A stretch of 64,000 nucleotides of DNA. It comes from Octopus sinensis. Taxonomy: Eukaryota. Below the pieces are notes generated by a model. The model made no database searches. It saw only the letters and a list, made by a program, of their open reading frames with translations, and was not told the origin of the DNA. Position 1 is the first letter of the stretch. Every line of letters begins with the position of its first letter. Of this stretch, positions 1-12,746 are shown one piece after another. The DNA lies in contig NC_043005.1 in NCBI RefSeq assembly GCF_006345805.1, forward strand, positions 94,612,001 through 94,676,000, written 5' to 3'. A program made the position numbers and the translations under genes.

Positions 1-19
1 CAAGCTGGGGTTGATATAT

Positions 20-300
20 ATTTCTTTATTGCCTACAAGGGGCTAAACATAGAGGGAACAAACAAGGACATACGAAGGGATTAAGTCGATTACATCGACC
101 CCACTGCGAAACTGGTACTTTATTTATCGACCCCGAAAGGATGAAAGGCAAAGTCGACCTCCGCGGAATTTGAACTCAGAACGTAACGACAGACGAAAAG
201 CTATTTCTTTACTACCCACAAGGGGCTAAACACAGAGGGGACAAACGAGGACAGATAAACGGATTAAGTCGATTACATCGACCCCAGTGCGTAACTGGTA
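20..300 (-). mobile_element. tRNA-derived SINE (family 2), internally duplicated body, fragment
   Basis: Reverse complement of the element at 49321-49726 (GGATTAAGTCGATTACATCGACCCCAGTGCGTAACTGGTA, GGATGAAAGGCAAAGTCGACCTC); the body unit occurs twice (about 20-200 and 200-300). Confidence 0.8.
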
Positions 301-859
301 ATTGATATATACGCACATAAAGCAACAAAGATCAAAACAATAACATGTACAGTTCTTTATGACAAAATCAGGCACATTTGAAGGTGGGAATAGCTTTCGC
401 AACTGGATTTCATCAATTTTGCTATTGATACAGTATTTGCTCTGTCCATATTCACACAATCTATTTCTATTTTAATCTTCATTTTACTTTTTGTTTACTC
501 TTGATACAAAAGCATATCTTTAAGGCAGGTCTTAAAAATGGCCACTCTAATGTTTAAAACCGTAAATATTACCTAAAACTTCACTTGGAACTTTTGCGTG
601 AACTGTCATTGAAGAGTTGGTACAGTAACAATTGTAACTGGTCATTGAAGATGAGTTAAATCTTCCTCTGCCTTCTTATTTGGATTATATTTTACTCCTC
701 GCTAAACCCACGTAGCGGTTTTAACGTTGTGGAATCTGGATTTTTTACACCTGAAGAACGTCAATATTAGACTGAGATCCGACAATGTAAAGAGCTCGGG
801 TTGAGTGCTGCATTGGAAATACCCCATCTTTCTACCTTCCTAGAGGTATATATTATATG

Positions 860-915
<56 letters not shown>

Positions 916-1201
916 GTGTGTGTGCGTGTGTGTGTGTAACGCGCTACGTTATTTGAATATATATTTTTTTGTGAGTAACATTTAACTATTTGAAGCTCTT
1001 GAATTTATTCCACTTTCTATGATTTAGTTTTTATTCAACACGGACTGGAAGTCGTTTTGTTTATTATTTGTATTCGAAATTTCATTTTGCTGTCATCTTT
1101 TGTCATAATGCTCAACTGTTTTTATGTTCATAAATTCTGATGATCAAATTAACTTTCTTCTTTTACTCGTTCGTAATTCTAATCAATGCATATTTACTAC
1201 G

Positions 1202-1399
1202 CTCTTTTACTCTTTTCAGTCATTTGACTACGGCCATGCTGGAGCACCGCCTTTAGTCGATCAAATCGACCCCGGGACTTATTCTTTGTAAGCCCAGTAC
1301 TTATTCTATCGGTCTCTTTTGCCGAACCGCTAAGTGACGGGGACGTAAACACGCCAGCATCGGTTGTCAAGCAATGCTAAGGGGACAAACACAGACACA

Positions 1400-1479
<80 letters not shown>

Positions 1480-1650
1480 CATATATACGACAGACTTCTT
1501 TCAGTTTCCGTCTACCAAATCCACTCACAAGGCATTGGTCGGCCCGGGGCTATAGCAGAAGACACTTGCCCAAGATGCCACGCAGTGGGACTGAACCCGC
1601 AACCATGTGGTTGGTTAGCAAGCTACTTACCACACAGCCACTCCTGCGCC
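1202..1650 (-). mobile_element. tRNA/CORE-type SINE (family 1, similar to octopus OR2-type) with internal (CA)n/(TA)n
   Basis: Minus strand begins GGCGCAGGAGTGGCTGTGTGGTAAG (box A) ... GGTTCAGTCCC (box B), then CORE-like CTTGGGCAAGTGTCTT. Four more copies in the window. The family name comes from recollection, not a search. Confidence 0.85.
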
Positions 1651-2903
1651 TTCATCTGTGTTTATATCATTTGTGTTTATACTTATGCCACTATTGCTTA
1701 TTCTACTTCATATCATTCCACTATATCTCACTATTACCTTTTATATTCAACTTAATGAGAACTATCACGTATTCAACTTTATTCTATTTACTTGTTACAC
1801 TGCAAACATGTATTTCTTGAAGCAGAACAAGAAACAGAAATAATTCGAAATTAGTCCGAATATTCAGAAGGCCAAGGTATGGCGGTTCCTCCTCAGACCT
1901 AAACAAGAAATGTTGTTCGTTACGAGCTTTTGCTGTGAATGTGAATAATAGTGTTTATTATGCACATCTATAGCTTTTGGGCAGAATGTATCAAGTATGT
2001 TGCAAATGTGCAGCTTTTGCATAAACTACAAATGTTGCCCTTTGAAAATCTTTAGAAAATGTCTATAAGATCCATTATCCATTTTTGAAATTAAGTTGAG
2101 CATTTATTGTAGAAAACAACATAATATAGAATAACAAGCGAAATATTGACTACAGCATTTTGTATATATTAAAAGCAAACAAACCTGTATAATATTTGGG
2201 GAGTGATAAATATAATTTTCTTAATTTCCTGTTATTTTTGGCATTTTTATTTACTTCCCCATACTCACATAGCGAAATTTTGAATTCGAAACTCTGGTAA
2301 CTCGGCAACATGAAAAAGGCCGCGACATAGGTAATTTTTGTCCAGTTTTCTAACCAACCGTATAACAGGTACGTTCGTGGGATCGTGTGTATCGCTGGCG
2401 ATTTTCTTTCTCCGTCTTTCCTTCTTTGGATTTTTTCTATTTTTCTGAAGAGCTCCGTTCGGGACGTGAAATCCTCTTTCTTTTCTTTCCTTTCCTGAGC
2501 ATCCAATAACACAGTACTTGTACCACGTCCTCGCGTTGTTGTTTTTTCTTGCTTGTTCTTGTTTGGATTGACCACACACACACACACACACGCACACACA
2601 CACACACACAAATACACACACACATACACAGAGTATATATGTACATGAATGTGTGGGTATCGGCATGTGAAAGAATAGCCCTCTGCGTATCGTAAAAAGC
2701 GACTGAAAGAGGTTAGGGAACGATTTGTACTTCCACCTTCTAAAACCTTCACCAGTAACAACTGCCCAAAGAGATCCATAGGTCGGATCGTTGTTACCTG
2801 AGTTGCCATCCGCCAGGTGCAAGAAATCAGCAACAAATAGTGGATGCACCAACATGCGGTTACAGCACATGCCCCTCTTTTACTACTACTACTACTACTA
2901 CTA

Positions 2904-3260
2904 CTAGAAATGTTCACCCTTTATACATCTATGTAAAGGGCGGGCTGAGGTTTATTTATTTGGTAGTTTTGACTTTAAGAGTCTCTCCTTGCGTGTCGCA
3001 TTTATGTATAGTAATGCCCTCTATATAATAAAAATAAATATATTTAAGTGAAAAAATTGATGGATTTTTTTCTCTTATGAGGTTTTTCACGCTAACAACT
3101 TGATGAATTCTTATAAAAATGTTATTCTATTTTTAAATTGTAAATTTAACCAGAGTATATTCAGTACTGAATTTTTATTCCGAATAAGCACGTTGTTACC
3201 GAAATGCAATTCGAAAAAGCCCGCCATTTACATAGATGTATAAAGGGTGAACATTTCTAT
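2904..3260. mobile_element. Non-autonomous Helitron-like remnant with two oppositely oriented 3' termini
   Basis: The hairpin CCCTTTATACATCTATGTAAAGGG lies about 10 nt from CTAG at 2904-2907 (minus-strand 3' end). The same terminus occurs on plus at about 3218-3260, ending CTAT. A TCTATATAATAAAAAT start-like motif is at 3020. Confidence 0.45.
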
Positions 3261-3577
3261 AAGCTACGTTGGATATATTGGTTGTTCGTCTGGTATGTTG
3301 ATTTTGTTCATTCGTTATAAATCTTGAATTATGCTTGCACTGATGATTGAAAAGTGCATTACTGCGCTAATTATGAAATCACGGTGATCTATAGCTAAAT
3401 TCTGTTTTTAAATGACTTGCTTCGAGAGTTGCATTCGGTATGATGTGTTTATTTAGTAATTTTGACTTTAAGAGTCCCTCCTAGCGTGTGGCATTTATGT
3501 ATAGTAATGCTCTCTATATAATATATATATATGTATGTATGTATGTGTATATATACATACATACATATACATACATA

Positions 3578-3719
3578 TGTAGCCTGAAGTCATCTTGTTT
3601 GAAAACTAGTTGTTGTATTGAACAATAGAATATCCAGCTGTAAATAAATATTACACAGTACTCTAAAAATTGACATTGGGTTCCCTTAATGTTGTTTTTA
3701 ATACGTATATGAATGTATA

Positions 3720-3755
<36 letters not shown>

Positions 3756-3931
3756 CATACATACATACATACATTCATACCCGCATAAATATACATTCAT
3801 ATACGTATTAAAAACAACATTAAGGGAACCCAATGTCAATTTTCAGAGTACTGTGTAATATTTATTTACAGCTGGATATTCTATTGTTCAATACAACAAC
3901 TAGTTTTCAAACAAGATGACTTCAGGCTACA
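3578..3931. repeat. Near-perfect fold-back inverted repeat (arms about 143 bp, spacer about 68 bp of microsatellite)
   Basis: 3578-3720 is the reverse complement of 3789-3931, with one mismatch seen (TTTTTAGAG vs TTTTCAGAG). Confidence 0.95.
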
Positions 3932-4267
3932 CTAAGGAAGATCCTTTGCTCCATTTGCATATCTTGATTCTTAAACTTCCACACTGTTTTGCTTACGAAA
4001 TTTCTCTTACAATGTATTAGCGGAAAACTTTTTCTCAAGGTGCATCATATTTCAAAAGTGAGCTTAGCATCTACAATCTTGAAATTTCACCGTGATCGAT
4101 AAAATAAGTGCCAACCATGTTTTGGATTTCTTTACTCTGCTAACATCCTTCGTGCCCTTGTGCCTGTGTAAGGAATCATTATTGAATAGTTACGCCCTCA
4201 GCTGCAGCTATTATGAGCCAACGAATGAATAATCAAATGAGTAGCTAGCAACGGTGTCTCTGTATCA

Positions 4268-4482
4268 GTTTTTACCCATGGAACCCTTTAATTCCTATTT
4301 TATTCAGGTGGACCCTCATAGCCATTCGATGTTTAAAAACTCCTATACCTTTATAAATTATTATTATAAGAAACTGCATTTAACAATTCTTAAAAGTTTT
4401 GTATATTGCAGAAAAAGAGCCAATTTGTTGCTCATAAATTTTAACAAGAAAATCTTGTATGGACCCCGGTTGAGAACCACTG
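4268..4482. mobile_element. hAT (Charlie-like) MITE, one TIR retained
   Basis: GGTTGAGAACCACTG at 4468-4482 followed by CTCTACAT. The same TIR type occurs at 49804-49966. The left TIR is missing. Confidence 0.55.
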
Positions 4483-5260
4483 CTCTACATAAAGGGGCCA
4501 ACTAAGGAGCCTTTACATATCGAGCCAACGTAGACCACTCTATCTTTAATGAATAGCAGTAATAGCCCTCTCTACAGTCAAGGAAACACTGGACAATCTA
4601 GTTCTAGCCATAATTCTAAAATGACGAAATAGTCATGGCTAGAATACTTTTGGTCATTTAATTATTAAATCACTTCTGACTCAAGAGATACTTCTCAACT
4701 ATTAAATCACTTCCGACCATAGCAGCATCAACTGTTGCTAACAAACTTCCAGAATAGTCCTGCCTGCCAGTCTAATAAACCAGATATACTTTTTCTCTTA
4801 AACTCAGGTCGAAGCCATAAGTTTCACAATGAGAAATACTCTGCAGTAAAACAACGTTTAACGATCGGTTACACTTGATGTCTTGAATAGGTTTATAAGC
4901 TACTCTGTGTTAGAGTACTTATGGTGTGAAAAGAGAGACAAGAGGGAGAAAGAAAAGGAAAGAAACAGACAGAAGAGAGAAATGGAAAAGAGAGCGAGAG
5001 AGGGGGAAGGGAGGGAGAGAGAGGTGAGGGAAGATAAGAATGGGTGATATCGCTTTTCAAGGTATCAGATGACCGATTAACAGACGACTTCTAATTTATA
5101 ATGTATGGTGTGCCGATAATGTAACTATTCTTCTTTCCGTCTGCAATAACCAATGTAGTCTGAACAACGAGATAATTACTTGTGCAAACAAATTTTGGCG
5201 GACTTTAAAAATCGAATGAAAAAAATCTAGTACCTACTTTCTTTCCTTTCCCTTCTCAAA

Positions 5261-5261
<1 letters not shown>

Positions 5262-5311
<50 letters not shown>

Positions 5312-5335
5312 ATATATATTATACACATATATATA

Positions 5336-5393
<58 letters not shown>

Positions 5394-5411
5394 CATACAT
5401 ATACATCATAT

Positions 5412-5454
<43 letters not shown>

Positions 5455-6023
5455 TATAAAGAGAGACAAATATATATAGAGAGAGAGAAAGAGAGAGAGA
5501 GGGAGAGAGAGAGACAGACAGACAAAGACAGAGGAGATAGAGAGGGAATAAGAGAGAAATATACCCATCTCTCTATCTGTCTATCTGTCCGTCTGTCGTC
5601 TGTCTCTGCATATATACGTATATGTGTGTGTGTATTTATATCTCAATATATGTATGCAGGTATGTATGTATTTATATATGTACGTATGCCTGTGTGTATA
5701 ATCCTCTGTCTGTAAACTTCGTGTAAACTACCTGACGATCTACCAAAAGTCCCTTACCTACAGTGAAGATATCGCTCTTTCTTCCTACATGACTTTGCTA
5801 GTAATTTTATTTTACTACTCCTCCTCCTCCTCCTCCTCCTCCTCCTACTACTACTACTACTACTACTACTCTACTACTACTACTACTACTACTAGTCGTT
5901 CTCCAAGTTACATTCCGTTTTCTCACTTCTTCCATTCAATGACTGATATAGTCTTGACCTCAACATTGCCATTCCTCTCTCCCTCCTTCCATCTCTCCCT
6001 CTCTGCCCCTCTCTCTCTCTCGG

Positions 6024-6062
<39 letters not shown>

Positions 6063-6083
6063 GTCTATCTATCTATCTATCTT

Positions 6084-6131
<48 letters not shown>

Positions 6132-6174
6132 CTATCTATCTATCTATCTATCTCTCTATATATATACGTCCATC

Positions 6175-6205
<31 letters not shown>
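5262..6205. repeat. Compound microsatellite field (ATCT, TA, GA, TCC, TAC, TCAA)
   Basis: Direct reading of the tandem units. Confidence 0.9.
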
Positions 6206-6210
<5 letters not shown>

Positions 6211-6500
6211 TTTATAGAAGGAGCTTCTACAGGACTAGAACTGTTTCATTCAAGAGAAATCATCAGGAAGCTAGTTAACAAGAATTGTATTGGCATTTAT
6301 ACATTTAGGCAGGTTTAAAGGGGTGGTGGTGGGGGACTTTTTGGGGGTAGGCATAGCGCAAAAATATCATACTTGGGGGAGTGGTCAAGGAGTCAGTGGT
6401 AAATTAGATAAAAGAATAAATAAAATAAAAGAATAAAAAAATATATAGAAAAATATATAGAAGAATAGAGTTTTAGGTAAATAAGGAGATTCTCACTTAT
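6205..6500 (-). mobile_element. Penelope-type terminal repeat (pLTR, family A)
   Basis: Reverse complement is nearly identical to 11780-11920 (apart from a roughly 11-nt CCACCACCACC indel) and homologous to 30920-31170. Contains a hammerhead. Confidence 0.75.
6222..6272 (-). ncRNA. Type I hammerhead ribozyme A1
   Basis: Minus strand: AGCTTC-CTGATGA-T TTC TCTT GAA T-GAA ACAG TTCTAGTC CTGT-A-GAAGCT. Stem I 6 bp, stem III 4 bp, GUA cleavage triplet. Stem II is short with a U-U closing mismatch. Confidence 0.8.
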
Positions 6501-6602
6501 ACCTATACACATATGTATATATATACACACACACACACACATATACATACACACATACATACACACACACACACATATATATATACATATATATATATAT
6601 AC

Positions 6603-6666
<64 letters not shown>

Positions 6667-7193
6667 ATATGCACACATACATATGCACACATATATACAC
6701 ACACACATGTATATATACACACACGCCCACACATACATATACACACAAAAAAATATATACATATACATATACATACATATACACACATATATGTGTACCT
6801 ATGCATACCTACACATACACACATATATACATACAAATACAAACCCATTCCCTAATTTTAATTTTATTATTATCTTCATTTATTACTTTTGTTATCTTTG
6901 ACCGCGGGTCACAAGCATCTTGGCTACGGCAGCAAGTCCATTTATCTTTCTGCTCGAACACAAGCACTCACTCACGCACGCACACTCATTAGCACGCACA
7001 CTCACTCATTCGTACACTCATACACATACACGCACGCACGCGTTATATTCATACATACATACATCTACATACATTCACATATATGCACATACGTACGCGT
7101 ACCTACAGATTCATGTCTACACGCTTAGAAGATTAGTCCATACATATACACCAATAAATATATATACTCACATACATATACACCTACATACTA

Positions 7194-7237
<44 letters not shown>

Positions 7238-7358
7238 CATACGCGTATATACATCCATACATACATACATATATACACATACATACACCCACACATATAC
7301 ATATACATACATATACGCGCATACATACACATACATATACATACATATACTCATACAC

Positions 7359-7413
<55 letters not shown>

Positions 7414-7783
7414 CACATACATGTACATACATACATATACATATATACACACACACACATACATGCACATATACATACACACACATACACATATACATGC
7501 GTACCCATATACACACACACACACGCGCATCCGTATATACACATAAGTACACACATGCGTAAAAGTATACATATATCTATACATATGCTTACACATACAC
7601 ACACACACACACGCCTCCTTATGTTCATATACTTACATGCATACTCAAAAAATAAATAATAAAATATATATACGTGCAGTTATTCATATACATACATACA
7701 TATTCAAAAAATAAATAATAAATATTAAGTATATATTTACGTGCAGTTACCTATTATACAGACGGATACATACATATAAACCT

Positions 7784-7846
<63 letters not shown>

Positions 7847-8016
7847 ATATATATATACCTACTTACACATATGTACATATACATACATACATACATACAT
7901 AAATCAACGTACCTACATATACATAAACACACGAGCGTACACGTATATGTACATATACACATACACATACACACACATACATACATATATATACATACAC
8001 ACATACATATATATAC

Positions 8017-8095
<79 letters not shown>

Positions 8096-8099
8096 TATA

Positions 8100-8760
8100 A
8101 TATATAATTAATTAATAAGGGTGAGAGAATTAGATACTAATTAATAGTATATCTATTCTACACCAAGTGGCCTAGTGCTCCGAGAAACCTGGATTATTAT
8201 AATATTTTATAATATATTATAATATTTTTACAAAATAAATATAAGAGAGTGGTCACTATATGGCTCACTCTAGCACCAGTTAATCCAAAGGTTTCAACCA
8301 CAAAAATACATGTTTCCCATGAAAGTCAGTACGATTGTTAGCTCACACGGACAGGGCAAATAAAAAATAACAAAAATACAGATTATTTTGGGACAATTGT
8401 TTCGCTATTAATGAATTAAATGTAATTTTACTTACAGAAAAATCCACTTGTAGCTCCTCAGCCAAAACTATCTGGATGAAATCCACTCAATCACACGCCA
8501 GATTTTACCATAACGATAAATACACGTGTGGTTCAATTGATTACATCCGACGTTATAATTCAAATGCCCCAACTAACAGCGCGCCAAATTTTCACGGAAA
8601 ACAAATACAGCATTTAGAAATAAATGCAGCATAATTATAATTAATTAATAAGGGTGAGAGAATTAGATACTAATTTAATAGTATATCTATTCTACACCAA
8701 GTGGCCTAGTGCTCCGAGAAACCTGGATTATTATAATATTTTATAATATATTATAATATT
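8100..8760 (-). mobile_element. ORF-less hammerhead-containing tandem unit (family B, period 533 bp, about 1.25 copies), retrozyme/PLE-like
   Basis: ATTAATAAGGGTGAGAGAATTAG... at 8111 recurs at 8644 and continues identically for about 120 bp. (TA)n flanks both sides. One hammerhead per unit. Confidence 0.75.
8386..8467 (-). ncRNA. Type I hammerhead ribozyme B (long stem II, minimal palindromic stem III)
   Basis: Minus strand: TTTTGG-CTGAGGA-GCTA[about 43 nt]TAGC-GAA AC AATT GT-C-CCAAAA. GUC triplet, cleavage between 8392 and 8391. ACAATTGT is palindromic. Confidence 0.85.
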
Positions 8761-8791
8761 TTATATATACTGTACATACATATACATACAC

Positions 8792-8888
<97 letters not shown>

Positions 8889-9091
8889 CATATACATACA
8901 TATACATATACACACATACACACACTCACACATATATATATACACACATACACACACATACACACATACACATACATATATATATGTGTATATATATATA
9001 TACACATATACACATGTGTGCATACATACATACATACTCATACACGCACACACACTTACACATACATATATACACACACTTACACACATAC

Positions 9092-9163
<72 letters not shown>

Positions 9164-9329
9164 CATATACACACACATTCACATATATATATATATATAT
9201 ATACGCATATATATATATATATACCCACGCATACACATACACACATATCTACATATATACATACACATCCACACACATACTCACACACACACATATATAT
9301 ACATACATACACACACACATACATATATG

Positions 9330-9382
<53 letters not shown>

Positions 9383-9679
9383 GTGTGTATACATACATAC
9401 TCATACACACACACATACACATACACACATATATATATATATATATACATATATATATACACGTATATACACATAAGTACATACATGCATAAATGTATAC
9501 ATATTTCTATAGAGGTGCATACACATACATACACTCACGCGCCACCTTATATACATAAATACATACATGCATACGAACGCATACTCAAATAATAAATAAT
9601 AAGTAATAAGTAATAAATAATAATAAGTATATATACATGCAGTTACCCTTTATACAGACGGAAACATTCATATAAACAT

Positions 9680-9740
<61 letters not shown>

Positions 9741-9747
9741 TATACAT

Positions 9748-9790
<43 letters not shown>

Positions 9791-9817
9791 CATACACACA
9801 TATATACACACACACAC

Positions 9818-9848
<31 letters not shown>

Positions 9849-9947
9849 CACCTATCTACATATATGCACATATACACACACACATGCACATACGTATAAC
9901 TCTACATACCTACATATACATATATATATATACATACACACACATAC

Positions 9948-9996
<49 letters not shown>

Positions 9997-10095
9997 CATA
10001 TATATACCCATCTACAATCTGTATATACACACACATATACATGCACATACACATAACTCTACATACCCACATATTCATCGACATACTCGCGTACA

Positions 10096-10142
<47 letters not shown>

Positions 10143-10255
10143 CCACACATATGTACATATATATATATATATATATAAATATATACACACACATACATAT
10201 ACATATATATATATACACACACACACACCACACATACATATACATACATATATAT

Positions 10256-10287
<32 letters not shown>

Positions 10288-10803
10288 CAACAATTGAGGG
10301 TAAAGTTAATTAGTTATTAATCAATTTCACCAAGTATTCAGTATGTAAAGGGACCATTATTTTTGAGTAAACATTGTCTGAGAGAAATTTTCTTTAAGTA
10401 GTGGAAATGGCTAAAAAACTTTTTGGGCTGCTATTTCTAGAAAGTTCAGTATGTGGCAAAGTAATTTACTTTACTAAGCCCTAATTATATATTTTATATA
10501 TACATACATATATATACACACATACACATACATATACATATGCGTACACTCACATATACATATATACATATATACACACACACACGCACACACACATACA
10601 TATATATATATATATTTACATACATACACACGCACACACACATAATACATGCGTATATTCCTACTATACCCATACATTTCTATACATATATACGATACAC
10701 ATATACAAGCGTACACATACAATATGTGAAAGGTCTTAGGAGAAAAGGTAATCGGGGGTGCTAGGGGAACGGTGGGATTGGGGGGGTTGTGGGTGGGGTG
10801 TCA

Positions 10804-11780
10804 TCAATCTGGTTGCCGGGTAGGTCTATAGTTCTTGTAGTTTGCATAATTCTTATGCATGCAATTTGGGGAGTGTTCTGAGATCTTGTTAAGGAGAGGG
10901 CCTTTGGCGAACAAGATCTCTAGGCTCTCCGAAATGCAAAGGTCACAGCAGGTATGGCCTCCTGTGTACGAACGCGCCTTCTGTAGTAGTTTCCACTTGG
11001 TCTTGAAGGGGATGGAGTTCCTTTAAGGTACCAGATGTGGGCGGCAAGGGTAGTTTGGTTGGATTTATCTGGTCGCCGGAACGAGTGTGTGTGGGCGTAC
11101 CAACGGGTCTTAAAGCTGTTTGACGTCATTCCGATGTAGGATTTTCTTTTATCATCAGGGCCTGATCTTACCTCGCATGTATATACGAGGTCCCTCTGTA
11201 GGCAGTTGTTGTTGAGGGGGCAGGTGGTTTTATCAGGGCAGTTGCAACTGCTATCGGACGTTGGATGGGCCTCGGAAAAAGTAGATATATTAAGTTTTTT
11301 CACATTGTTGTTGGCTAGGTTCCTGGCTAGATTGGGCGTGGTAGAGTAGGAGAGTCTAATAGTGTTCTTATTTAGGATAGTGTAGTACTTATGTTGGGTG
11401 GGGAAGTGTTTCTGTAGGAGAGTGAAGAATATTTTAGCTCCAGGTGTAGCGACCTCACGGTTGAACCAGCTAATGTGTCTTCGTCTATTTTTCCTGGGTT
11501 GGCGTGGGGCTATACTAGTATAGGTAATCTTATCTTTAAAGCCACTGCGGGCCAGGGCCTCGTTGTAATAGGGGGCTGCGGCCTTAAAGATATCTTCCGT
11601 GGCGGACAGGCTAGAAATTCTAATTGAGACACTTTTTACTAGGTTATCTAATATATTTTTGGGGTGGTTGGAATTAATGTCTATATATCTAAGGGATTCA
11701 TTTGGTTTGTGGTACGGGTAATAAAGTGAGGTTTTTAAGTCGAGGGTAACATCTAGGAAGTTAGCTTTGGTTAAGTTGGA
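10804..11780 (-). pseudogene. Penelope-like element ORF (RT C-terminus, linker, GIY-YIG endonuclease), 5'-truncated, one frameshift near 11020
   Basis: NFLDVTLDL, YHKPN...SNHP, WFN, CNCPDKTTCPLNNNC, LVY...YIGMTSNSFKTRWYAH. After the frameshift: KWKLLQKARSYTGGHTCCDLCISE...LLNKISEHSPNCMHK, stop at 10804-10806. Confidence 0.93.
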
Positions 11781-11993
11781 TTTTTGCGCTATGCCTACCC
11801 CCAAAAAGTCCCCTTTAAACCTGCCTAAATGTATAAATGCCAATACAATTCTTGTTAACTAGCTTCCTGATGATTTCTCTTGAATGAAACAGTTCTAGTC
11901 CTGTAGAAGCTCCTTCTATATAATAAATATTTTTACTCTGCTATGTATTGAGTACCTTATTTACTGTGGTTAACCCCGAATCAACACGGGACC

Positions 11994-11996
<3 letters not shown>
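11780..11996 (+). mobile_element. Inverted pLTR (family A) fused to the 5' truncation point of the Penelope ORF
   Basis: RT homology stops at about 11780, where the reverse complement of 6210-6365 begins. The segment ends GGACCTAC before (TA)n, as the 31 kb copy does. Confidence 0.8.
11861..11911 (+). ncRNA. Type I hammerhead ribozyme A2
   Basis: AGCTTC CTGATGA TTTCTCTTGAAT GAAACAG TTCTAGTC CTGT A GAAGCT, identical to A1. Predicted cleavage after A11905. Confidence 0.8.
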
Positions 11997-12034
<38 letters not shown>

Positions 12035-12043
12035 ATACATAAA

Positions 12044-12076
<33 letters not shown>

Positions 12077-12274
12077 TCACCCACACACATATACCCTTAT
12101 GTTTATCAGTTCGCTTTTTTCTCCTCTTCATTGTTTTTGTTCGAGAATACACAGGCGCGCCTCACAAACACACACATACACATACTCACACACAAACACA
12201 CACATATATTTCACAGACGGTATTTTCTTCACCTCCTTTTCCTCGTTTATCTTTCTCACGTACTTGCTCCACAT

Positions 12275-12306
<32 letters not shown>

Positions 12307-12690
12307 TACATACATATATACAAACATACATATGTGTGCGTGTATGTGTACAAATGTCAAACACAAACATACACGCTTACATATAGGAAAGGACCAATAC
12401 TGACACACACGCACATACACACACATACAAGAACGAACCTACACCCATAACATGGGCAGTCGGAAGTGTTGTCAAGAACTATAAAATGTCTTTCCAAACC
12501 AACACTATCACTCACACACCTAGACACGTACACACACATACACTCACACACACACACACTCACACACACACATACACACAACCGCCCGCACACTAGCAGA
12601 CATACAGAACGTCAGACTACACCCAGCCGTCATCATCATCATCGCCCTCATTAATTTCCTTATTTACACTTGCCATTCTGTTTTACGCTC

Positions 12691-12746
<56 letters not shown>

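Larger units (their letters stand above)
6500..10290. repeat. Large (TA)n/(CA)n/(TACA)n microsatellite field, interrupted by the 8100-8760 element
   Basis: Direct reading. This field produces the many Y/I/H/T/C/V/M ORFs in the track. Confidence 0.9.

Noticed and set aside
600-830. Moderately GC-rich islands as host exons (also 13780-13960, 43250-43500, 47050-47260, 54330-54760)
   Set aside because: Stops in most frames, no recognisable protein family and no consistent splice phase. They are more likely decayed transposon pieces.
2441-2480. CTGAAGA...GAAA motif (similar weak hits at about 3330, about 56990, about 57885)
   Set aside because: No complementary stem I or valid NUH triplet, or the core is mutated (CGGACGA at about 57885).
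2150-2917. 255-aa and 201-aa minus-strand ORFs
   Set aside because: They span (TAC)n and (CA)n tracts and a Helitron-like end. No recognisable motifs.
6393-10297. Dozens of 60-208 aa ORFs rich in Y/I/H/T/C/V/M (also at 27.7-32.4 kb and 43.5-45.3 kb)
   Set aside because: They are translations of (TA)n, (CA)n and (TACA)n, which lack stop codons. No domain content.
10290-10490. 200-bp non-repetitive island inside (TA)n, a possible further retrozyme piece
   Set aside because: No hammerhead core on either strand and no second copy in the window, so it cannot be assigned.
10804-11260. Selenocysteine recoding in the Naiad-like endonuclease
   Set aside because: The conserved Cys positions are TGC/TGT. 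The only TGA codons are the terminal TGATGA, and I recognised no SECIS.
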